Part shown: one piece after another, positions 52,246 through 59,805 of the stretch
Position numbering within the stretch: position 1 is the first letter of the stretch
Layout of the letters: the number at the start of each line of letters is the position of its first letter
DNA from: SAR202 cluster bacterium bin16
GTDB taxonomy: Bacteria > Chloroflexota > Dehalococcoidia > Lucifugimonadales > Australimonadaceae
Assembly (NCBI GenBank): GCA_002238425.1
Contig: MPMJ01000002.1
Coordinates: forward strand, 17,790 to 81,789
DNA: 64,000 nt
Direction of reading: 5' to 3'
Position numbers and translations under genes: made by a program
The notes under the pieces: generated by a model
Told to the model about the DNA's origin: nothing
What the model saw: only the letters and a program-made list of their open reading frames with translations
The model's database searches: none

Positions 52246-54312
52246 CTACGAACCGAACACTTGCAGCGTAGGGGACAGTAGGTCGTCGAGCAGTGCGTCC
52301 CGCTGGTACGGGAAGCCGACAACCAGAACGACCAGCACATTGGTGCCGCCCGCATCGGTCGCAGGCGTTTGCGCTGCCGCAAATATCTGGAGCCTTCCGT
52401 CGATTTCGATCAGGGCTCCTTGCCACGTAAGTTCGCCGGCGGTAACAGGGTCCAGGTCCTCCGGCTCAACGCCGGGAATGCCGCCGATCTGCTGCTCCAT
52501 GAACTGCTCCACCGTCACTCCGGGAATGACGGCCTGGATGAGCACCGGGCCTGCGATCTCGTGCCGGTAGAACCTGCCGGGGAGGTCCTCTATGGGTTCC
52601 CAGCCATCGGGCTGCGCGATCTGCACACCGAACGGGGAGTCAGCAGCAGTGATGGTCACCCCGCCCCAGGGCGTCACCCATGCGGGAGACGTAGCCTCCT
52701 CCGAAAGGCACGACGTATCAGGAGCGCCCTCACCGTCGAGGAAGGCGTTGATGATCGACTTGGCGCAATCACCTTCGAGGATTATCCCGTGCCCGACAGC
52801 GGGGAATTCGACGAACGTGGCGTTGGAGAGGTTCGCCGTGACCGCCATCCCGGACGAAGGCGGCGTGATCGGGTCGAACTCGCCCGCGAGCACGAGTGTG
52901 GGGATGTCGCTTCGTACCGGCTCGTTCTCCACCGGCGGAGACGGCTGCACGTCCCAGAGGGCGCAAATATCTATCGCGTCCTGGGCGTACGTTCCTTCGG
53001 GGTCCAGCAGGCGGGTGAACAGCGGGCTGGCCTCGATGCTTGCGGCGATGGCTGCTTCCGTCGTGAATGCGGTCTCGTCCGCGCACCGCGTTGAGAAGTG
53101 CATCCCGACGGAGAAGAACGCGTCATTGATGAGGCTGTTGGACAACATCAGGTTCGCCGGCTCCACGTTCCCATTCGCGGCCTCAGTGATGATCTCCGGC
53201 AGCCACGGAATGACGCTTGTCTGGTAAAGCGCCTCGAACATCAGCCAGGCGAGGCGCTCGCCGGTCATGAGGGTGTCCACCTGTTCGCCCTCGAGTGAGA
53301 ACGACGCCGTGCCCGGCTCCGGGGAAGCCGAGAGCCTGTCGAACGCCTCTATCAGCGTGCCTTCGAGGTCGGGGTAGTGTTCGTTGCACGCGGCGTCCGC
53401 GGCGCAGGAGTCGAGCAACAGGCGGAACGCCCGTTCCGAGCCTGAGGCGAGGCGCGCGAAGAAGTCAAACTCCAGGGGATAGGAAGAGTCCAGGACGACG
53501 CGCCGTACGCCATCCGGGAAGTCGCGCATCACGTTCTGGGCCAGCCGCGTTCCGTAGGACGATCCGTACAGGTCCCAGCGCTCGTGGCCGAGTGCGATGC
53601 GCAGGCGGTCGACGTCGGCTGCGTTCGCGGCGCTGTTGACCAGCGAGAGGTCTATCCCTTCCACAACGAGGCGGTCTCGGCACGTTTGCAGCGCATCCAG
53701 ATAGCGCTCGTTCTCCTCGGCAAGCGGGAGCGCCTGGCTGATCAGGTCCCGTGTCAGCTCTCGCGTCTCCGGACAACCGAGTGCAGGTTGAGAGAAACCC
53801 ACGCCGCGCTGATCGAACATGATCACGTCCCTGGCCTCGTTCAGCGGCTCCAGGATGACACCGCCGCTCACTTCCAGACCTTCCAGCGCGTGCCCACCAG
53901 GGCCGCCTTCCAGGTAGATGACGGGGACGTCGCTGGTGCGCTCGCCGGTCGCAGGGAAGACGGCTACGGCGATCTCGAACGTGCCCGCAGCAGGGTTGTC
54001 GTAGTCGGCAGGTACGGTCAGGTAGCCGCACTCCGCAGCCCAGAGCGGGGTACCGGGTTGGTTGCTGAACGGACAGGAGTCTTCCCTGAATGCATCTTCC
54101 GCCGCGGGGATGCCGGACGTCGGGGCCGGAACGGCCGTGGGCGTGGGCGTTGGCTCAGGCGCTGATTCCGGCGTTGGTGTCGCCGTCGGTGCAGGCGTTG
54201 GAGTCGGTTCGGGTGTTGGAGTGGGAGTCGGGGTTGGATCAGGGGATTCGCAGGCTGCGAGGAGAGATATCAGGGCGACAAGAACCAGGGCGGCGATAGG
54301 TGGGAATCTCAT
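52246..54312 (-). CDS. secreted alpha/beta-hydrolase lipoprotein (S33 / tripeptidyl-aminopeptidase-like) with extra C-terminal domain
   Basis: Lipobox LLAAC, a PT-rich linker, an HGGPG-like YLEGGPGG oxyanion region and the nucleophile elbow GSSYG. Confidence 0.75.
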   Translation of the reverse strand: MRFPPIAALVLVALISLLAACESPDPTPTPTPTPEPTPTPAPTATPTPESAPEPTPTPTAVPAPTSGIPAAEDAFREDSCPFSNQPGTPLWAAECGYLTVPADYDNPAAGTFEIAVAVFPATGERTSDVPVIYLEGGPGGHALEGLEVSGGVILEPLNEARDVIMFDQRGVGFSQPALGCPETRELTRDLISQALPLAEENERYLDALQTCRDRLVVEGIDLSLVNSAANAADVDRLRIALGHERWDLYGSSYGTRLAQNVMRDFPDGVRRVVLDSSYPLEFDFFARLASGSERAFRLLLDSCAADAACNEHYPDLEGTLIEAFDRLSASPEPGTASFSLEGEQVDTLMTGERLAWLMFEALYQTSVIPWLPEIITEAANGNVEPANLMLSNSLINDAFFSVGMHFSTRCADETAFTTEAAIAASIEASPLFTRLLDPEGTYAQDAIDICALWDVQPSPPVENEPVRSDIPTLVLAGEFDPITPPSSGMAVTANLSNATFVEFPAVGHGIILEGDCAKSIINAFLDGEGAPDTSCLSEEATSPAWVTPWGGVTITAADSPFGVQIAQPDGWEPIEDLPGRFYRHEIAGPVLIQAVIPGVTVEQFMEQQIGGIPGVEPEDLDPVTAGELTWQGALIEIDGRLQIFAAAQTPATDAGGTNVLVVLVVGFPYQRDALLDDLLSPTLQVFGS

Positions 54313-54358
54313 TGATTAATGCTAGCACACGACTTGGAATATGCCTCCGAAGGAAAGA

Positions 54359-54387
54359 AGAAGGGCGCTCTCTGTGGGCGCCCTTCT
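54359..54387 (-). terminator. intrinsic terminator after the membrane-protein gene 54408-55142
   Basis: 10-bp stem AGAAGGGCGC / GCGCCCTTCT with a 9-nt loop. A T-rich tail (TTCTTCTTTCC) follows on the minus strand. Confidence 0.6.
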
Positions 54388-54407
54388 CATGCCTGATGTC
54401 GGCGAAT

Positions 54408-55142
54408 CTAGTCCTCCGAGGTAAGCTCACCCTGGCCCTTGTACATCCCCAGTCCGATGAAGATGAAGCAGAGGGAGCCGAACGAAAGCAAGCCATTGTC
54501 TATCCCGAGGAGCACTAGAGGGTCGATCGCCGGGACGTGCTGAAGGACCAGGAAGTTGATGATCGCCAGCACCCCCATGAGGACAAGCCCGTAGGAAGCC
54601 AGCCTGTAGATGCTCATCGATTCGAAGCGGGAGGCAAGGCCGAAGCCGACGAGTATGGATGCAATGGGATAAACGGACACCAGCGCTACGATGATTCCGC
54701 CCATCGGTGCGTAGACACTGAGGGCAAGGCCTTCGAAGAACGCCTGATCGGCGCCGGACTGCATGCCGCGCTGCAAGAGATGGACGCTGAAGTGCCTCAT
54801 CCCCATTGCAATGACGTAGAGGCTCCAGCCGAACAGGCTCGCGAACACCCCAAGCCGGAGGGCTGATGCGCCGAGCCCCCCGTGTTGGGGCAGGCGGAGC
54901 CAGGTCAGGGCGGTGTACGCGTAGAGGAACATCCCAACGATCGATAGCATGGACGCCAGGTGCGCAAGGCTCGGGTTGCCGGCCATCGCGTCGAGGGCTG
55001 CCGGGAAGTCGGTCTGGTCCACCCGGTCCAGCACTGGACCGCCGGGAAAGAGGACCGATGCTAAGACCAGCAGAATGACTCCTACTATGAGAGCCAGCCC
55101 TCCTGTCTTTGTAGCGGGACGTGTGGTAGTCGATGCGGCCAT
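54408..55142 (-). CDS. integral membrane protein (about 7 TM), tandem paralog 1
   Basis: GGAGG lies 7 nt upstream of ATG 55142. Collinear with 55314-56060 (GGL.L..G..L.L.S.LFPGG....VD...F). Confidence 0.6.
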   Translation of the reverse strand: MAASTTTRPATKTGGLALIVGVILLVLASVLFPGGPVLDRVDQTDFPAALDAMAGNPSLAHLASMLSIVGMFLYAYTALTWLRLPQHGGLGASALRLGVFASLFGWSLYVIAMGMRHFSVHLLQRGMQSGADQAFFEGLALSVYAPMGGIIVALVSVYPIASILVGFGLASRFESMSIYRLASYGLVLMGVLAIINFLVLQHVPAIDPLVLLGIDNGLLSFGSLCFIFIGLGMYKGQGELTSED

Positions 55143-55313
55143 TGACATACCTCCTGGGCGCGCGGCGCCCGCTTGAGTTGAGCGAACGGTAGCACCCGCG
55201 ATTCGCCTTCTGCAAGGAGAATCCGTGTGGACTCGATGCAGATTCAGGGGCAACATGAACCGGCCACACCCGATCGCGGCGTGCAGCCGGCCCTCTTCGA
55301 CGGCGCTTGGGCG

Positions 55314-56060
55314 TCAGTTCTGCGGAGCGAACTCGCTCGAACCTCGGTACATCCCTACGCCGAATATGATGAAGCAGACAGCGCCGATGGTCAGCACACT
55401 GTTGCTGATAAGGGCAAAGACGGCGAGGTCTATATCGTGGACGTGCTGAAGGATCACGAGATTGAACAGTCCCGCCACGCCAACCAGGACCATTCCATAG
55501 GCCGCTACACTGAAGACGTTCATCCCGCGGGACCGTGCTGCAAGGCCGGCCCCCAGCATGATGGCGGCGACCGACGAGATGGCGATGAATGAGAAGTGTA
55601 TGGCGGTGCCGGTGGAAAAGACGGCGAGTGCGAGGTCATTCAGCTCCGGCTGCACGTCCGGCCCTGTTCCCGTGCCGATCCCGTGCTGAGTGATGTGGAC
55701 CACCATGTGCCTCGTGCCCGCTTCGACCATCAGAAGGACCCAGCCGATCACGCTTGCGATGATCCCGAATCGCAAGGAAGCGTTCCCGAGCCCCTGCAGC
55801 GTGGTCAGGCGGAAGAGCGCAAGGAGACCGTAGGACTGCAACAGGAGGGCAAACATCGTTCCAAGTGTTGCAGCGTGCGTGAGGCTGGCGTTGTCGGACA
55901 TAACGGCGATCAAGGCCGAGAATTCCAGCGAGTCGACAGTATCGATAAGGACACCGCCGGGGTAGAAGAGAGACGTCAAGAGGATCAGGACGATGCCTGC
56001 CACCAAGACAAGGCCTCCGCTTCTGACTTCGGGCACTATTGGTACACTTGCTGTAGTCAC
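55314..56060 (-). CDS. integral membrane protein (about 7 TM), tandem paralog 2
   Basis: GGAGG lies 6 nt upstream of GTG 56060. Same topology as its neighbour and a matching C-terminal GVGMYRG / GLGMYKG. Confidence 0.6.
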   Translation of the reverse strand: MTTASVPIVPEVRSGGLVLVAGIVLILLTSLFYPGGVLIDTVDSLEFSALIAVMSDNASLTHAATLGTMFALLLQSYGLLALFRLTTLQGLGNASLRFGIIASVIGWVLLMVEAGTRHMVVHITQHGIGTGTGPDVQPELNDLALAVFSTGTAIHFSFIAISSVAAIMLGAGLAARSRGMNVFSVAAYGMVLVGVAGLFNLVILQHVHDIDLAVFALISNSVLTIGAVCFIIFGVGMYRGSSEFAPQN

Positions 56061-56250
56061 GGCACTCCTCCAAAGCATGTCGTTCCGGCGCTATTGAGAC
56101 ACTAGCATCCAGTGAAACCTCTAGACAATCGGCTGAAACGACAGCAACACACGGGGTTGTGTTCTCCCCCCTCCGATGGCGCGGAACGGCGCAGGATGGC
56201 ACACTGTAGCGCGCTCATCGACAGAAGCATCGATCCACGGAGGGAGCAGC

Positions 56251-57219
56251 GTGAAAGCAGTCCGGTTCCACGAGTTCGGCGGCCCCGAGGTATTGCGCTA
56301 CGAGGACATCCCGGAGCCTGAACCCGGGCCCGGCGAGGCCGTCCTGCGCCTCGGCGCGAGCGGCGTCAACTTCATCGACACCTACCAGCGCACCGGGGCG
56401 TACAACGTCGCGCTGCCCCACGTCGCGGGGCAGGAGGGCGCGGGAGAGGTCGTCGCGATCGGCGAAGGCGTCACGAGCATCGCGGTCGGCGAGCACGCCG
56501 GCTACACGGGCACGGGCGCGTCGTACGCGGAGTACGTTAAGGTTTCCGCGGACCGCCTGGTGAAACTGCCGGAAGGCGTAGACGACGCCACGGGCGCGGC
56601 GGTGCTGCTGCAAGGGATGACGGCGCACTATCTCATGGCCTCGACGTTCCCGCTGCAGCCGGGCCACACCTGCCTCGTGCACGCTGCTGCGGGAGGCGTC
56701 GGCCTGCTGCTCACGCAGATGGCCAAGATGCGCGGTGCGCACGTCATCGGCACCGTCTCGACCGAAGAGAAGGCGCAGCTGGCACGCAAGGCCGGAGCGG
56801 ACGACGTGATCCTCTACACCCAGCAGGACTTCGTTGCGGAGGTAGACCGCATCACCGGCGGCGCGAAGCTGAACGTGGTCTACGACTCCGTGGGCAAGGA
56901 CACCTTCGACGGCAGTCTGGACTGCCTCGCGCCACGCGGCTACCTCGTGCTCTTCGGGCAGTCGAGTGGACGCGTGCCGCCGGTCGACCCGCAGATACTC
57001 AACGCGAAGGGGTCGCTCTTCCTGACGCGCCCTACCCTCGCCAGCTACGCACTGACGCGTGAGGAGATCGACTGGCGCGCAAGCGACATCTTCGGTTGGG
57101 TTGCCGAGGGCTCACTCAACGTTCGCGTCGGTGCTTCATTCCCGCTGTCGGAGGCGGCCGAGGCGCACCGCCAACTGGAAGGCCGCCTCACGACGGGCAA
57201 AGTGCTGCTGGTCCCGTAG
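56251..57219 (+). CDS. qor: NADPH:quinone oxidoreductase (zeta-crystallin-like MDR)
   Basis: GGAGGGA lies upstream of GTG 56251. GVNFIDTYQRTGAY, AAAGGVGLLL and the C-terminal GKVLLVP. Confidence 0.85.
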   Translation: MKAVRFHEFGGPEVLRYEDIPEPEPGPGEAVLRLGASGVNFIDTYQRTGAYNVALPHVAGQEGAGEVVAIGEGVTSIAVGEHAGYTGTGASYAEYVKVSADRLVKLPEGVDDATGAAVLLQGMTAHYLMASTFPLQPGHTCLVHAAAGGVGLLLTQMAKMRGAHVIGTVSTEEKAQLARKAGADDVILYTQQDFVAEVDRITGGAKLNVVYDSVGKDTFDGSLDCLAPRGYLVLFGQSSGRVPPVDPQILNAKGSLFLTRPTLASYALTREEIDWRASDIFGWVAEGSLNVRVGASFPLSEAAEAHRQLEGRLTTGKVLLVP

Positions 57220-57472
57220 GGCGGTCCTCACCGTCGGCCCCGGACTGTACACGCGGAGACAGGAACCTCGCAGCCCTGCCTGGTGTAGGGGCGTCCCTTG
57301 TGGGCGCCCTGTACGTGGGAAGCTCGACATGTGCAGCGAAGCCCGCGCGTCAGCGAGCAACACCAACTCAGCGAACGCCTCACCGTGCAATCCCTGTGCT
57401 CGTACTGAGAACCGTCACGGCCTCTGCGGCGTAAAATGTAATTGAGGGCCCACAGAGCCAAGGGGGTGAACG

Positions 57473-58351
57473 ATGGGTGGTTTGTTGCAGAGCATCCGTA
57501 AGTACCGTGGGCGGATCATCGTCGCCGCCGTGATTGTGGCGATACCCGTGCTTGCCCTTGCGTGGTGGCTCGGATCGCCCCTCTTCATCAACAAGACGGT
57601 GGACGAAGAGTTTCCCTACAGCGTGGGCGCCGTGGTGCCGGAAGGCATGACGCGTGCCCAGGTGGATCAGACCATGGAGACGATGGCCTCGATGGAGGAA
57701 GTGGTGTCGGAGGCGATGCCTGAGGCAGCGCCCAGGGACGCTGACGAGGTGGTGGCGTCGCTCATGGAAACCATGACACCTGAGATGATGGGGGCCGTGC
57801 TCGAAGGCATGTCCCCGGAGATGCTGGCTGAGGTTGCCGAAACGATGGCTGAAACGGTCCCGGGGATGACGCCTGAGATGATGGCCGAGGCGGTGGAAAG
57901 CATGACGCCGGAGATGATGACCGCCGTCATGCAGACGATGACGCCTGAGATGATGGCGCAGATGGCCACGATGATGCCGGAGATGATGGCGCCGGCCGGG
58001 CCTGTAGCCGTCAAGCAGGGCATGTTCCGCGACGCTGACAGCTTCCACAAGGGCGAAGGCTCCGCGACCCTGTACACACTGCCTGACGGCTCGAACGTGC
58101 TGCGCCTCGAGGACTTCCGCGTGACCAACGGACCCGACCTGCGCGTGATCCTCGCCAGCCACCCCGACCCGATGAGCCGTGGCAACGTGCACAGCGGGGA
58201 ATACGTGGAGCTCGGCAAGCTCAAGGGCAACATCGGCAATCAGAACTACACGTTGCCTGAGGGTCTGTCGCCGGACGTCTACAACTCCGTCATCATCTAC
58301 TGCAAGCCGTTCCAGGTCTTGTTCAGCGTGGCTCCGCTGTCGGAGGGATGA
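57473..58351 (+). CDS. membrane-anchored DM13-domain protein with Met-rich MTPEMM repeat region
   Basis: N-terminal TM helix. Residues about 59-173 are Met-rich repeats. The C-terminal G.F.DADSFHKGEGSATLY....LRLEDF.VTNGPDL.V.L......YCKPF matches the DM13 layout. Confidence 0.7.
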   Translation: MGGLLQSIRKYRGRIIVAAVIVAIPVLALAWWLGSPLFINKTVDEEFPYSVGAVVPEGMTRAQVDQTMETMASMEEVVSEAMPEAAPRDADEVVASLMETMTPEMMGAVLEGMSPEMLAEVAETMAETVPGMTPEMMAEAVESMTPEMMTAVMQTMTPEMMAQMATMMPEMMAPAGPVAVKQGMFRDADSFHKGEGSATLYTLPDGSNVLRLEDFRVTNGPDLRVILASHPDPMSRGNVHSGEYVELGKLKGNIGNQNYTLPEGLSPDVYNSVIIYCKPFQVLFSVAPLSEG

Positions 58352-58374
58352 GGAAGCCTGTAGTTCTCACCCTG

Positions 58375-58640
58375 CTCCTCACATGACACGAGGCCCTTAC
58401 GCGGTTGTCATTGCCGCCGTTACGCTGGGTGCATGGACGCGATGACCATGCACCCAGCCCGCGTAACTGGCACTGGCACCATCGTGGCCCCATCGCTGCA
58501 CCGTTACTCCTCGTTCCATCCCCATTCAGGCCCCGTCTCGGCCCCGATCTGGTTCCGTCGGAAGACCGTTCCCCCGAGTGGATGGGGCCAAATGGTGCCG
58601 CATGGTGCCACTTTTCGCGGCGATCGACCTCCGTTGTCCC
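58375..58640 (+). repeat. paralogous ~270-nt intergenic element, copy B
   Basis: Three phased 10-mers at 58582-58611 and the inverted copy TGGCACCATCGTGGCCCCATC at 58474-58494. Confidence 0.55.
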
Positions 58641-58747
58641 CGCGCTTCAGCGCGCGCGGAGAGTAGGAACCTCGCCTTTGGACCTGCTTCCAGCGCAGGG
58701 AACCCTGCTAGACTCCGCCCACACGTCACATGAGGGGGGAATGCGCC

Positions 58748-59803
58748 ATGTTCCACGGCAACAAGGTCATAGACGTTCACGGCCACCACTCCACGCCCGC
58801 GCAGTTCCGCGCGTACGCCTACAACATGATCGCGCTGCGCACGCCCGTTGGCAGCTCGCTCCAGATACCGGAGAAGGCGATGGAGGAAGCGCAGGCGCGT
58901 CACCTCGCCATGATGGACGAGCGCAACGTCGAGGTGCAGTTCATCTCGCCCCGCCCGGTTGCGATGATGCACTGGGAGATGCCGCACATCGTCGAGCACT
59001 GGACAGCCGTGACGAACGACGTCATCCACCAGACGTGCGAGATGTACCCGGACCGGTTCGTCGGCGTCGCGCAGCTGCCGCAGGTGGGCGTGGACTACGC
59101 CAACGACACGAGCGGCTGCGTCGCCGAGTTCGAGCGCTCGGTGAGCGATCTCGGGTTCGTTGCTGCAACGGTCAACCCCGACCCCGGCGGCGACCGGCGC
59201 GCGCCGGGCATGAACGACCCGTACTGGTTCCCCATCTACCAGAAGTCCTCAGAGCTGCAGGCGCCCCTCATCGTGCACGCCTCCATCTCGCGCGACCCGC
59301 GCCTCACCATCATCCCGCACAGCTACCAGTACAACTTCATGACGGAGCAGGCCCTCGCCACGCAACTGCTGGAACAGAGCGACGTGTTCGACCGCTTCCC
59401 CGACCTCAAGGTGCTCGTCTGCCACTGCGGCGGCGCGCTCAGCCGGTTCATCCCGCGGGCGCAGTCGTCCGGCATCGCGGGCGGCGGCCAGGTGGGCATC
59501 GGCAACACGGGCATGCCCGCGCACGAGGATGAGCAGCGCACCTGGGCCAACAACCTCTTCTTCGACACCTGCGCCTACGACAAGGACTACCTCGCGACGG
59601 CCATGAAGCACAAAGGCATCAACCAGATGTGCTTCGGCACCGAGTCACCCGGCAGCGGCACCGGCGTCCTCAACCCCGACACCGGACGCCCCGCCGACGA
59701 CATGCTGCCGGTCATCGACTCCATCGACTTCCTGTCGGACGACGACAAGCGCAAGCTCGTCCACGACAACGCACTCAGGGTCTTCCCGCTCTTCAAGGGC
59801 TAG
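58748..59803 (+). CDS. amidohydrolase_2 family protein
   Basis: A G-rich RBS lies 7 nt upstream of ATG 58748. VIDVHGHH, VHAS, CHCGGA and FGTESPG. Confidence 0.85.
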   Translation: MFHGNKVIDVHGHHSTPAQFRAYAYNMIALRTPVGSSLQIPEKAMEEAQARHLAMMDERNVEVQFISPRPVAMMHWEMPHIVEHWTAVTNDVIHQTCEMYPDRFVGVAQLPQVGVDYANDTSGCVAEFERSVSDLGFVAATVNPDPGGDRRAPGMNDPYWFPIYQKSSELQAPLIVHASISRDPRLTIIPHSYQYNFMTEQALATQLLEQSDVFDRFPDLKVLVCHCGGALSRFIPRAQSSGIAGGGQVGIGNTGMPAHEDEQRTWANNLFFDTCAYDKDYLATAMKHKGINQMCFGTESPGSGTGVLNPDTGRPADDMLPVIDSIDFLSDDDKRKLVHDNALRVFPLFKG

Positions 59804-59805
59804 GC

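Noticed and set aside
57283-57312. Third copy of hairpin family C after qor
   Set aside because: The sequence is related (GTAGGGGCGTCCCTTGTGGGCGCCCTGTAC), but the arms pair only over 5-6 bp with a bulge. That is too weak to call a terminator.
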